This document shows, in pieces, positions 26,475 through 40,992 of a DNA stretch of 64,000 nucleotides. The notes beneath the pieces were generated by a model. It worked only from the letters and a program-made list of their open reading frames with translations, was not told the DNA's origin and made no database searches. The position numbers and the translations under genes are program-made. The number at the start of each line of letters is the position of its first letter. Positions within the stretch are counted from its first letter, which is position 1. The stretch comes from Balanoglossus misakiensis (taxonomy: Eukaryota; Animalia; Hemichordata). The stretch covers positions 9,093,878-9,157,877 of the forward strand of contig CM082581.2 of assembly GCA_040954595.2 (NCBI GenBank), read 5' to 3'.

Positions 26475-29400
26475 TTGATCGTGTCCCCACTATGGAGAGT
26501 GTCTTGTTCTTAAATGAATTGGGCTTTTCTTTCACCCGGTCTGTTTTTCTTTGGGCTCAGTCTCTCCCCTCTTGAAAATTGAGTCGCTCTTCGTGGGCAG
26601 TCGAGCCGGTCTTCAGGCATTGGCCGCCCATCAAAAAGCCGCTGGAGCAGGCGTTTAAGTTCCTTTGAAAGAAAGAGGCTGTTTACCGACCCAGACAAGA
26701 CCGTTCATTGTGTTATTTGTTGGCATTTAAGCGCAACCGACTTATTCAAAGACCACTCTACATATTAGGGGAGCGCAATCTGCCGTAATGGACTCCCTAG
26801 TCAGACGTGCACGTTTTAGAATTTTGCCGCCGACACCATCCACGCGCTGAGTCACCACACGTACTGATTTAGCATATTAATAAATAATAAGTCAAACAGA
26901 CCTTGAAAAAAAATCCAATCAGGATGGACTGGTTCCACCGTTTTTTTTTCAACTTTGAACTGACAATAAAGTTTCCCTCAGATGGAATTTCCAGTGTTGA
27001 CCGAAAGCTATAAAAACAAGAAAGCCTTTTTTCTTTCTCACATTATTTCACTTCAGAATCTTCATTCGGATAATGAATTAACAGCGTTTTTGGTAATTTC
27101 AGATATTGAACTTACAATCGGACGCGTGTTCGTGTTCACCGCCCTTTGTGTCTGCAGCGACAGTGTTGGGAGAAGGGAGCCGAAATTAGACCTTTGATTC
27201 ACCAGTGCTTAGAAGTGATTAGAAAATGCGAGTATTTCTTGCGTTAATCTCCGAAATATCCAAAGCTAAGATTTTTTGAATGCCTGGCTCCCCTCTTAAC
27301 CCATGAAGTGTCATGATATAGTTTTAATGACCGTGTGATATTATTTTATTATAGCATTGATAGTATTACGCTGGGTGCGGGCCTGCCTATTACGGTATGT
27401 CGGCAATTAGGTTCTTGGCGATATTGTACAAAAATCTACGATTGCATTCAATCATGCGTAAGACATCGCCGATGATTCCCCAAATGCTTCAGCTACCACG
27501 CTAACCATTTGGAGCATTCTCAGCGTAATTTAGAGTCGCTCCATCCGTCGCTTAATCGTTTTGCTTTTTTGAACACTGTAGTTTTTTTCCGTTACCAGTT
27601 CAACCGTACCGAGCGAGTGTACTGTACCGTCGCGTTACTGTCCCTAATTTACCTCTCCCAGTCGATTCAAATCAGCCGACTCATCCAATAATGAAATTCA
27701 AGCATCTCCAATCTCATCCCGTCGCCAGTGATTGCTTCCGTCTCCATGGCGACGGCCCGTTTCTCGCGTGATCTCATTTCCTGCGGGATGAGTAGACTCA
27801 GCCCATAATCCTCCGACTCGGTCGTTTTGTGGTTCGTCGAAATATGGTGGCAGAATAACTATTAGAGAACTCATCTTGTATTCTGTATGACGCCCGTGGA
27901 CACAGCTTGAATTATACCCACTATAAAATTGCCAAAGATTTCTTTCAACACGAGCTGACTTTAATTTGAAATGCTATCTTTCAATGTATTTATTCAAGGG
28001 ACCATCCCCCCCCCATCTTAATCTATTGAGCAACATCCAATCACTTAATTATTATTAGGCCCACTTCTTGGAGTTGAACATCGTTTGAAATCACACGAAG
28101 TTAATAGACGCGTTGTACATTTGCATCGAACACGGTTGAAAAAGCACTATAATAACGACGGCAGTAACTAGCGGCTCTTCTGAATTTCAGATTCAGTGAC
28201 GATAAGCCTAACAATGGCAAAGAAAAAAGTCATCTGGGTCAAAATAGTGTTCGTGAAAATGGCTGACTTAAGTTCACAGAAACGAACGCGAAGACTGGCG
28301 CAAACTATTATTCAGACCGTGGAAATCATGTCCCTGAAAACTTTAAATACACGGTATGAAATGCACACTTTTGCTTGAAATGGAAATATTCATAGCTAGA
28401 CACTTTATTACATTATACCGACTGTGACGTAGACTCTAAATGGATATCAGAATTCAGAATTTTTGTGTGGTGACGAATTCTGCTTTACAGATTTATTAGG
28501 CAGAATAAAATGCTAATGGGCAAAGAAGAGATAGATAGCGATTGAAATGTTATCAACAGTGTAAGAGGGGTTTACCTTCGGTCAGTATCATCTCTCGTTT
28601 GTAACGATTAAGTGAACCGGTCGGCCATTGATAGCCGGTGTTGCTGACTTGTGGCGGGCGATGCTGGTTTATTGTCAGGAAAAGTTTATTTTCTCTCGGC
28701 GTTTTGACAAACCGCACGACTTTCAGTCATACAGTCCAGGTCTGTGGTGTATGACAAAGTCAGATTGCGGTGATAAGTTATTGGTTTACCAGTCCTGGGT
28801 GTGATATGCAGGGCGGAATGGGGAGGTGTACTCGCACAAACTGGTTTAAATTGAGTGCACCCTTCCCCGTGATAAGTCAATCATAACCTGCAACGTGATC
28901 CGCTGTAACGGCTCAGGTGAATTCCTACATGAAATAAAAAACGTGCGGGTCTTATCTTCAACTTTGTCGGTTGGAGTAGGTAGGGGCGGGGATGTGCTTG
29001 TGCTTACGTGCAATTTGTGTTGTCGCCGCTCACCGAGGTTGCCCGAACTTACGCAACCCTACACGCAATGCATCAACCGTTTATCTTATTCCGATAACAC
29101 TTAGCCCGTGTGATTGTTGTTTAACGATAATTTAATCCTGTTTATTCACATTGGTCAAGAAAAAAAGCGGGACGCCTCTTTTCCCCCGGCATAAATGCCA
29201 TAAATATCCATCACCTGTCCTTCACTTACAGAAATCTAACCTATGAAAACATAAGAGATAGGCGACTGATAACTCCGATTTTTAAACCGACTCATTCAGA
29301 GACGCCGCGCTTCAGCAAGGTACGCGTCAGCGCCTAGCTAGAGGTGACCGCCACATTATTTTCCCGAAAATGACCATGTTAATTTCACCTTTCTCGTTAT

Positions 29401-30903
29401 TGACCCATCAGATCACCGGATGTAGCGAATGTAATGCAAACAACATGACCACCTCGTGAAAAACTGTGAAATCTGTTTTAAATCACTGACGATCTTAGCA
29501 GAATGGGGGGAAGTAGATAAGTCCAGTCCGAGGCAAATATGCGTTTTGGGTCAGACATTTAAGTTGACTACCAGACAAGACATTATCAAATAAACCGTTT
29601 CCACGTGTTTGCCCACCGTAGATCTCATCCATCCAGCCTACTCGCCTTTTTTTGCCAAACACGAAAGGTGTGCTCATTAATTCACCCCCCATTTATACCC
29701 CGCTGTCTAGTGGCCAGGGATGGCCGGAACGTGACGCAAGAATACCAGTCCTGCCCTCTCCAGTTCCACAGACCCCCTACTCGAAGACATGCGCAGAGAC
29801 TCAAGTGACGGGTTTCTACGGCAACCAGGCATCTTATGAAGAGGCGCTTGCTTGCCGAACAGAACCCGTGCAACTCCTTACCTCCGTGCGCGATTTGAAA
29901 CTTTCGACGTTTTCCGATGGCTGTCGTTGAACTAAACTGCGAGTCATTGTTAACTGTTTGCAGATTATCCGACAGTTGTAGCGGCGGTGTCAGACGGTGT
30001 CACCGCCGGCGCTGATAATATCACAACATATATGTTTTAGATATCACAGATCAAGCTTTTTTAATGCAGCTCCCTCAAACAATAAAAAAGGAACCTTTAG
30101 TGGTTTCGTTCTATGGGCAGGGGTGTGTCACGAACTATGACTGTCAGATGGCAGGGGAGGGGGGGGGGTGCCTGTGAACGAATCAGAAAAGTTTAAACTT
30201 TCCCACAGTCCCTCTTAAATGACCCCAGGTTTTGAAAGCTGTTGCCCGGGCCTACCTTCTGGATCTATCCCGAGATCCCTTGCGCCCATGGTCGATTCAA
30301 GTTTCTTATCAAAGTTTCGATTACACTGGAAGGTAAGAATTTTAGAAGCGCAATGTTGTTTTTAATTTCTCATCGCCATGACGATATCCAGCTTTCTACC
30401 ACACCTTTTCGTATTGCAATATGGTATATAATGTATAACTTATCTGTTTGAGAACGCCTGACTAAAATTTCACAACTGCAAATTTGATTTACATGTAAGT
30501 ATACCGCACAGTATTCTGCAGACGTCTGGTTTACCCCTTTCGCTTACTCGTGACACTGTGAATTGCAATATAAATAAACCAGAACAAGTTGGAATTTTAA
30601 AGATTCGTAAATTTGACGATCCTGATTTAGTAAGTGAGTTTTTTATCGTAGCAAATAGACAGGCGTCAGTTTAATAGGAATACCAAGTGATTGATTCAAA
30701 CAGTTGTTGAAATCGCTGTCATAACAGAGAATTCTGTACCATGTCAGTGTCGCAGTGCCGATGGGTCAGCGCTATAACTTTACAGGAAGAACTCATATTT
30801 TAACTTTAAACGGCATTGCAAGAATCCAAGTCTGAAATCTCAAGCAATGCGTGGCCTAACTCCACATGGACGTACGTATTTTACTAGTATTGTTTTTGTT
30901 TCA

Positions 30904-30982
<79 letters not shown>
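30904..30982. repeat. (CAT)n microsatellite, about 26 units
   Basis: Perfect CAT repeat; the source of the poly-His ORF 30847..31035. Confidence 0.97.
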
Positions 30983-33900
30983 TATTACACCTATATTTGA
31001 CATATAAACACACACAAAACAAACCAAAACGCTAAAAATATCTGTCAATATCCATGGCTGCGCCAGTCTTTCTAAAGGCCAATGAACAAAATAATAAGTG
31101 CCTTATGTTGGTCGTAAAGAGCGCCTGCGTACATTTCAATATGCTCGATACCCCGCGCCGAGGCGTTATTTCTTTTAATTTAAAAGCGGTGTTTATAAAC
31201 TACACGGTGTTCTGCTTCCGACTAGCAGATAGAGTTTTACACACCCTGGTATTTCTCGTTGGATAACCTCGGGTGAAGTGATTAGCCTGCTCAGGTCATA
31301 ACAGTTGTCTTAAACACACCGTCCCTCTCTGCAACTGTTTGTTGATTTATTTTTCGCACTCGGGGCCGCGGAAATGAAAAACGAACCCAGTTATTGTGAC
31401 CCCCTTCTCCGGTCGCTGCAGCGGTAAAATCCGATGTCCCCCCGAGCCATGGATGGACTCGGGTGTAAGTTTCACTGTAATATCCGAAAATGTGTCATTT
31501 AATAGGCTGCATACATTTATTGGGTGGAAGTTAAAAATGTAAAATGCCCGGCACGGTCGCGACAATACGTTATAATTACACCCTGCGACACACAGCGCGT
31601 CGCTTTTATAGCGCTCGCGTTAATCGAGTGTTTTCCACAGAGCGATCGTATTCCGCACTGATATGATGTTTATTGAATAACTCGTGGATAAATAATCCCC
31701 CCTTGCATTCCTGTCTTGGACAGTGTGCAAGCGATGAAACTGTATCGTATAGTTGGCCTCCGATTTATGTCTCGTGTAAGTAAATTCAGCATCATTCAAA
31801 ATAATTAGATCGATTTAATAATCTTAGTATGCGAAATTAATTACAAGAATAAAGCTCGCGTTACACGTAGCTGAAGATAAACTGAGTATCCACGTTTCAT
31901 TTCAGTGACACTCGACGGTCAAATGGCGAAGTTGTATACTCTTTCAAGCCATTGTGTAAAAATATGCCAAGTGCTATTTAAGATTGGCAATTCCAGGGGA
32001 AATAAGAAACGGAAAATAAACAATAACCGCAAAATAATATCTTTATTCGTCTCGGTTTATTAAATGCGCCACACACATACTCTCCCGAAATAGACGACTT
32101 TTCCTATTAGACCTGCCACCCGATTTTACAAAAGAAAACTTGTCAAAACTATTTTGGTTTTGGCGATACAGTATATATTTGTTTCTTGGGCGTAATTAGT
32201 ACCCTGTGATGTGCCCTGTCAGTTAAGATGTCACGAAGGTTTGCCTCATTGGTCTCGGGCGGAAATCGTTAGTGTTTTTATAGGGATATCGTTTGTCTAT
32301 TACGTCAATTGAGGGTATTCGCTCATCGTATCCGTCCGTCGAGGAGTAATACAAACTGGCTGTGACGCGTTGAGCCCCGTACTCGGCCGCGGTGACTTCA
32401 GCGGTAGGATAAAATAGAACAGTCCGCGTGCACGTCCAATGACCGGCAAATAACAAGCGCTGTCGTGCGAGATCCTTTTGTCGGTGAAAAATATAATTGG
32501 AAATGTTTCACTTAAACGTCTGGCAATTTAAAGCTATTTGTTTCATAGCGTATGCGCTCGTTTTCTGACGTGGTTTCGACTAATCTTTGGGACGATGGAG
32601 GGTTTTTGTGCTTAAATTTCGCCAATTAAAATTCCGCGAGGCCCCTTTTCCTGCGAACTAAACAAAGCGCCCGAAAGATTAAACTTGGGATGCAAACTAA
32701 CAGCGGCTTCTAAACTTACAGAAATATTGAATCGATACAACAGAAGGCAAGATCATTGATAGGAAAGCACGTTTCATGTCACACCGAACGGTGTGCGTGA
32801 TAATGGCGCGGTGGATATTCGCGGCAAAATACTGCTACCGTCGCCAACTGATTAAAATGCCCTGCCCGTGTATAGTAGTAATCATTTGGAATGTTTCTCG
32901 TTGGCTCGGGACGTTTTCCATTCCAAGACGGCTTTCATCACTTGAGTGGCCGTAGATAAGCTTACAAAGCCCCTAGATGGTGTAAAGTAATATGTTTGTA
33001 CGTTTTAAATTAATTCTGTTCTTAACTGTCTGTGTGTGCGTGTGTGTGTACCGGGTCGAGATTCGGCTGCGGCGGATCGAGTTTAATGATGTACGCCAGT
33101 CACGTCCGGAAGCCGGTGGAAGGTATTCATCAGAGTAACCCCGTCACGGACCTCGGAAGAATGCGAGATGTTGGAGAAATGGCTCACTAACACGCAATAT
33201 CGAACAGCATGCCAGCTCCTTACGGCGCTGAGTGGTTGGCGTTATGGAGCAAATGCCATGTTATAAACACAGACCGAGATAAACTCTGAAGTCGAGTTTT
33301 CAACCACGGCTGGCCAGCCAGCTAGAGGTGCACGTCCGTGCATCGCGCTGCTAAATTGTTCACATCGGATCAATCAAGGGAATCGTTCAGCCGGCGTAAA
33401 TGGGAGGCGAACGCAAAGGTGGCGGTAAAATACCACCTTTAATGGGCTCCACGACACGGCTAATAGGCTCAGAGTTTCGTTTTACAAGTGTTATTTTCAA
33501 CTCACACAGAGGATCTACTCATTATGGGAACTTAGCCACGGTGGCTAAGAAAGGAGACGCAGCCATGCATCGTGCAAGCTGACCTCTTTCAAAAAATACC
33601 TCTTGTCGACAACTCGAATTATAAAAGCCCAATTGGTCGCGGAATCCAATGCTTGAATACGTGCACGCTTTCTGTGCAGAAAACCAACACCGAAACACAC
33701 AGGCTAACTTTTCTGTGCAGAAACGATGATAAGTCCACCCAATAAATTTGGCGAACGTCTCTCGGATCTGAACGAGCTTGGGATGTGAAAAACAAACTAA
33801 ATGTTAGCTCAGTATGACCAAAACTAAATCCCTTAATACCCCTGTGCTGTACAGCACAATGTTCCCGTTGATCTGGGGGTAGTATCAAGGGCGATTAATC

Positions 33901-36900
33901 ACAATTAGTGCACCGGGCGACGATTATATGACTGACAAGGAATAAAATCACTCAAGATGACGGACAGCTGCTGCTTGTATGTCGAGGGAAATATATAGAT
34001 GTATATATGCGGCGAGTTTCGAGTGCCGGACCTCCCAGCCCGGACAATGTACGCAGTCAGCTGCAACTGGTGGTGTTTTGGCCCTCCCTGTTCACCTGTA
34101 ACGCTGTCGAGTGGTGTACGTACCTGTGAATCGGACGCGTCCCTTCCAGGAGACAGTAACCTTTATTATAAGATATATTTCATGACCTGAACGGAAGCAT
34201 TGCAGAAATCGTTAAAAGCTGTCAAGATAAGTTTTTCCTCTGTTTGTGATACCGAAGCCCCAGGATGACGTCAAGTTTTATTTTCAACTGGATCAGTTTC
34301 GTCCTCTCGAAAATGCTTTACTTTATACAAAAACAACAACCAACAAAACCATTATTTTTGTTTTCAAAATTAGAATTCTACTAAAAATCACCAAATATGC
34401 AATTTTTATCCGTCACTGATAATACTGAATCGCAGACTGCCCAGTTACACAGTACACTCGCAGTGTATACTCCTTTTGTTACCGAACCGTGTTGGTCGAT
34501 ACCAATTCAGTTTGAAGCGGCGTTTCACTTGGGCTACCGGGGCCCGTGGTATACCGAAAAACCCATTGAACCACCATAAAACACTACAAGACTTGTCATT
34601 ATGTCATGATCAACGTTTTGTTTTGCACTTGATCGTGCTTGTACACGTGTACTCCATCACACCATTTGTTGACACATTTTTGATGCCTCTCTACATCTCC
34701 CAGTTCAAAGTTGGTCAATGTTGTATCACAAGGCAAACAAAACAGATCTGCCGTCCGATCTGCGACAGTACAGCAGGATTCATTCCCTCGAAGTTTCTAT
34801 ATACACACCGTAGTTGTGCCTTTCTGCTAATTATGTTCTAAAATTCAATTTGCTGGTAATTGGATTTTTCCCCCGTTCAAAAATCAGTTGTCGTGATTTT
34901 CAGATTGTCCGTGTGATGCCCGTGTTCATTGTAAGTATCAATACCCCGATTGTCATGTACGCTACAGCTCTTGACACGCCATTGAACTTGTGATGAAGTT
35001 GATTGTTCGTTTTTTTATCTCTTGTCCCTGTGGGGGTATTACACGCAGGCAGTAGATAAGTTCTGGGCGAACAAAGCTACGAACCGTAGTCCGATAAACG
35101 CAATGAACGGCGACACGATTCTTGCGCGATTTGTATGTTCCCTGTCATCACAAATCTGAACTTGTCGCACAAGTTTAATATTGTTGCAATCTTAGCGTGC
35201 ATGTAAATCTCTTATATATACATATACAACATATTAATTTGATAACGGTCAACATATGATGTCTTCACTGCGCAATCCATGATTTTTTTCACATGGCACC
35301 CTGTATGTGCACATGATGTGTTCAGGGGGCACTTTGGAAGCGATTCGAAATGCGACAATGACGCGTGCAACTGAGTGAATTAGAAATCAATTTTAAGAAT
35401 TCCTTGAAAGACAGAAAACCATTACACGTGTAAATATTTCAATCGAGGATTTAAAGGCTTAGATTAAAATAAAATTGGAGTTGAAGAAAAATTATAAAGT
35501 GACTCTGAACAGCATTAACATTACACATCTCGGATGATATCGGTCATATATCGGCCAGCAATTGTCGTAAAAATGACGCATCTCTGACAGTCGCTTCCTC
35601 GAAAATATATGATTGTCCTCAGATTATGGAGAAAAACTATTTTTATGTGATGTTGATTTAAATAGCTGGTATAAACAGACCCGCGTGAATTCCAGGGTGT
35701 GAGGGTGTTTATTTCACGGCGTATGTTCATTTCATACAGATGACGAGTGTGTATTACTTTTAAAACATGACTTTCTTGACGCCGGTTTGTCAACTGAACA
35801 CTTTTTTTCGTCTAGAAATGTATGTTGGATTTTTTTTCACTCGCTATCAGTAATTCAGTAAATATATCCGCAGGGGGAATGGTGTAGCGAAGGATTGCAT
35901 TCTGATAATGATATGGCACGGGCCCGAAGACTGACACCTTTTCAACGGAGAAACTAAAAATGTTGAAAATATCGTGCGTATTATGGAGAATCTATGGCTC
36001 CACTGATAGCCTGTGCTCCGCGCTTCGTATTTCACAGTGACAGATGCCTATTACACGAATGTAAAACCCACAGCTTGGATTCCTAATAGACATTTTTGTT
36101 GCCATAGAAACTGCTATCTATTAAATTTACCGTAACAAATGCGTTTTTCTTGACATTACATTCAAAGGGATCTGCGGAGGAAAAATGCGAAAAGTAATTG
36201 TTTTCTGTGGTTCGTTATTGTGTTTATAGACGCACCACACAACATATTTTTTAGACCGAGAATCGTGGGCTGTAAACATATAAGTCTTGTCACGTCACGT
36301 CTGTGTTATTCACCGATCATCATTTCAATTATTTTCTTTTCATGGCGATATAAAATGCCGTTTTCTGATTTTTCTCGATATATTTCATTCTTCAAGCATA
36401 CACCAATCACTGACCTTGTATATTTTGCTAAGAGGACTCGAATAGGCGTACATTGCAAAACTGGGCGCCTGCTCATGAAATCAGAATAATTCCACCGAAT
36501 TCGCTTAATCTGCTTTTCGCTGGCTTATTTTGTTAGCCCGTGGGAGTAATATCTGGATTATGTCAGAACGCTGGAACTCAACAAATCATCGCGAAAGGGT
36601 CGGCATACAAGATACAGACGGAGGCAGTGTACGTGTTATTTTACACCATTCACAAATAAATGACAGCTAAAATCGAGCACGTTTTCTGTCGTGGGTGCAG
36701 CAGTGAAAAATTCACCTCCAAAAACTGAATGGCGAGGAAAATCTTAAAATGTCAGACAGTCTGGTTAATTGCCCGTCTTCCCAGTGGGGATTTGTAGGGA
36801 CCAGAAACCAATAGTGCGCCGGTTTGGATTCCCTGGCGGCCGTTAGAGATGCGTCTACTTGTGTGTGACGCTTACCTCCCATCAGCGTGCGCCGATGACA

Positions 36901-38272
36901 ACGCTCGGGCATTGCATTTATTCGGTCGGCTGCCTCGCAAACCAACGCTCAAATGAAATTGGATCGCAAGCCTCCGACCCCCATGAAGTCAATTGTATAG
37001 AGATGTGATCATCAATGCTGACGCTGTTCAGGATGCCAAAACCACACTTTAATGAGTCGCTCTCCAAAAACGCGCGATGAAAGAGGAGTCCCCTGTTTCG
37101 CGTAGCCTGAAATGTGATCGGGCGAAAATTGCGTTTTGACGTGAGAGTCTTTACGAGGGAAAATTTTAATTTGCGCTATTTGCTCATCACACCGAAAAAA
37201 AAATCGGCCACCTATGTAGTAAAGAACATAACGCGAAATTTTAAGAGTGTTTTAGAGTCATTCTGTGACGATTTTACTGTCGACTTCATAAATAGTTGAC
37301 ACATTTGACATCAGATCACGAGAAACCCAAGAGCTCATCATTTCCAAGTTTAAAAAGATTATTGTCTATTTCAGCGAATACCAGAGTGTCTCACATTACC
37401 ACTTACGGTATTGCATATAAACTTCGATCAAATCTTTTATTTTCTATTAAAGACCTTATGTCCACTGACGTGGGTTCGACATATGAACATACTGTTCGCA
37501 GACTTACAATGGGTTGTTGATATTTCGTACTTTCAAAGGTTACACTTATTCCCTCCGGGCTAATTCACACCATTGATATGATGCTTTCGAACATAGGCCT
37601 ATATATGAATTATTTTGAATCGGGAGTTGCGATCATTGAGACGCAGTAGTTAGCGCGCCCCCATGGGACCCCCGTTTACGCGAGATGTTGCGTTATGGAG
37701 AATCGATTTCCACCACCAAAGTTAAACTAATTTTTGGCATATGGACGCGACATGCACGCATAGCAGACGGCATTTAAAACGTCTCCGTCACAAACATATC
37801 ATTAGCCCAGCTGCCGATGTGCTTTACTGCTTAAACTAATCCAGATGACCTCAAAAACAAGCGGTATAAAATACCGACTTTGGAAACCACGACCTTCGCA
37901 CCATTAATTAAGAGCCTCGAGCTGCTGTAGCGAGGCCCGTAAAACCCCGCGGAATGGCTGTTTGAGCCGAGACTGTATGTGTGAAATGTGAAACTGAATC
38001 CCACCTGAAAGGTACCCATCGTACTCAGGCAGCTCTATTCTATGGTAATGAACCTGTCCGTTTACAGTTATGCAAATCCCATTTACCATCTCACAGCAAT
38101 CATAAAATCACGACTTTTTAAAGGTATATTAAAATAACCCTTTCCTCATAACTCTCCATCTTCTGTGACTCGACCTACAAACATGACCACTCTGTTGATT
38201 TGTGAGCGTTTAATAGTTTGTCATTGTTCGTCGGTGTCTTGTCAACATCTGTGGACAGATATAATTGACTAC

Positions 38273-38386
38273 ATGTATGTATGTATGTATGTATGTATGT
38301 ATGTATGTATGTATGTATGTATGTATGTATGTATGTATGTATGTATGTATGTATGTATGTATGCATGTATGCATGTATGCATGTAT
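38273..38386. repeat. (ATGT)n tetranucleotide microsatellite
   Basis: Perfect ATGT array decaying into ATGC/ATGT at the right end. Confidence 0.97.
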
Positions 38387-40213
38387 AAGGATTGATGTCT
38401 AGGTCATGTTTACAGAGACATTGATGACTAGGTGTTTTGGGTTTTGTGCTCTAATTCGTCATTCCAATATATATGTACACAGCGCCAACTATTCGCTAAT
38501 TTCTTAATATTTTATCCGCTTGTGTATAGGCGACTTCTCGCAGCGTCAGTGACCCCTGACCCTGACGACGTGTAACTAATATATTACATACTCAGGCCAG
38601 CGGAACAATAAATCGATATATTATTGCGTTATCTTATCGGCTGTTCAGCTGATGGTGTCTGATTGATATGCAACGTTGAAAAATAGGTTAGAGATAACCC
38701 TAACCCCGTCGAGTTGCCATAAATCTACGTGTGTTTAAGTACACTCTGAGTGTATGAAGCTTGGCTTCAATCAATATTTATTTCAGTCGCTGACATCTTT
38801 GTCGCGGTTCAAGTTAAATAAAGAAAAGTTAATCTGCAGGAACGGGCGGGAAATAGAAAAATGTTACATGCAGGTGGGGAAATGAAATTTACTGGAAGGC
38901 GGGAAAGACGCGGCGACAGGTGACGACTTAAGTCCCTACTTGTAATCATCGATTTGAGTGAAAAGGAAGAGTCCGTGCATTAGTTGATGACGACGGTAAC
39001 AATCACTCCGAGGGATTCTGGCTATTACAAGTACTCAACTCAAAGACTATTATAGCTACATTTATTCTGTTTTATCTGCAGACTGAAGTGTGACAGCCAG
39101 CCTGACAGCTCCTTTATCATAAACAGATTGGATGCAGCGTTGAAACGCAGACACTGTGAAATACGACACTCGCCTCCTTTTGCATTGTACCTTGAGATGG
39201 CGCTTGGGTAGAATGTTTAACGACCTGCACAATAATCATATTTCTGATCGAGCCCGGGCTAGCTGGACACTTTGGCTTTTAATAGGATGATAGGAAAATG
39301 CCGTCTGGGTAATTACCCGATATTACCATTCAGGCGGAGATTCGCGAATTGGATATAATATCACTGCCAGCTCTTTGAAGCTCTCACTCGTTCATCAAGT
39401 CGTTCTGCCGAAGCATTGATATTACCTCACACCTACCCTTTGTGCGGTAGATTTCCTTCGCGAAAATGGTCTCGCCAATAGAGAGCTGAGCGAAATTTAA
39501 TTTCACTAACGCACCCTAATGTATCCCCCCACTTTTCACTAACACTATCTACACTCCACTCTCGGAGAATAATATATTACTTGCTTCAAGAGCTTCACTC
39601 GTCAGCATATGCCGCTAAAATACAGCTCACTTTTAACTTATCTTTACGCGTGAATTGTTCGCGCCAAAACAAGTAGATACTATTTCACTTTGTCTAATCT
39701 CGGTGGTGAGATGGGTTTCTGTTGAGTGGGAGATCATACTTTATTTCATTGTATTTTTTCAACTTAACCCCCCCCCCCCTTTGACATTAAAATCCTCAAT
39801 TTATATTTTTTTACAATGTATAACTTGGGTGCATTATTCTCCTTTCGTGACTTTCCCTTACAAGCTTTAACAACAAAGCCGAGGTATCGAAAGCGGGGGA
39901 AACCGAGGGCGCTATAATCCACAGACAATTGCGATTTTTACTTCTGTGAGGTCCCAGATTAGCGCCAAATATAAGACCCACATTTTGACATATAAGCGGG
40001 CTGGGATTCGTTTAAATAACCTTTACAACCCAGTATAGTTTATACTTCTATTTTACTCTACTCAAAACCATTAAAAGAATTTAATAACACAGCAGTAATC
40101 AGACGAGGCCGTTGAAATGTAAAATATACCGCCCAGGGGAATCAACCGTGAACAAAAGCTCAAAGTGTCCACGAGTTGAACACCGAGGGCGTCTTCTTGT
40201 GGTCGACTGGAGA

Positions 40214-40992
40214 TCAATTTTCGTACACCAGTCTTTTAATAGATGCGTCAATTTTGACGGTTCTCCAGAACCATCCGTACTCCCCACGTCTAGGACAGTG
40301 TTCACCTCCGTCCCACAGCCTGCTGCTCGCAACCATGCCGACCATGTACCACTTCCCTTTGTGATACTTCGCAAAAGGGCCCCCGCTGTGTCCATAGCAA
40401 CGCTCGCCGCCATTATTGCCGTCCATGTAGCGGGCGCAGTGGAACTCCCTTTCGGTGTACCAGTTGTCTCCCTTGCTGTCAACACACATGTCCCACTCAA
40501 CGCTTTCCAGTGGGATCCGCTGCAAGACAATGTTGTCCGGTGCCCCACCGTAGTCCCTTCCCCACCCGAATGTATACCCGATCTTTCCCGGCCTTGCTCT
40601 GATGTGCTTCAGAGCTTCGAATGTGGGCAGACATATTGGACGAACATAGGAATTGAAGTACACTTTCCTATCCAGCTTTAACGCGCAAATCGAGTAATCA
40701 AAGGAGGCGACGCATTCGCGGTGAACAGCTTCGAACTCAACCTGGTGCTCCTCGGTAACGTTGGTGAACGTCTTACCGAGCTTGACCATTACTTTTTTGT
40801 TCCATCGGCCTGCCAGGCAGTTCACCGTCGTTAAGACCCACAAATCGTTGACAAGCGCGCCGCTGCAGAAAACACCGCTTTCATTGACTACGTGTATCAT
40901 CGCCATCCACGGTGCATCTCCGGGTATGACGTCAAAATTACTTACATTGTGAATTGGCGGGATCCCATTTTCTACATCGACTATACCACAGC
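40214..40992 (-). other. Trypsin-like pseudo-protease domain of paralog A (single terminal exon)
   Basis: His57 motif TAAHC reads TTVNC; Asp102 motif DIALL reads SICAL; GDSGGP reads GHSGGP; no R-IVGG activation site. Confidence 0.85.

Noticed and set aside
29652-29930. ORF with faint resemblance to a Penelope-like element tail (PPIYTPL)
   Set aside because: No GIY-YIG or RT motifs and no hammerhead core nearby.
30847-31035. Poly-histidine ORF
   Set aside because: It is the translation of a perfect (CAT)n microsatellite with no codon variation and no gene context.
38165-38395. MYVC/HTYI repeat ORFs
   Set aside because: Translation of the (ATGT)n microsatellite.
40112-40681. Long antisense ORFs over coding exons (also 2278..2772, 18562..18927, 55571..55798)
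   Set aside because: Shadow ORFs of GC-richer real exons.
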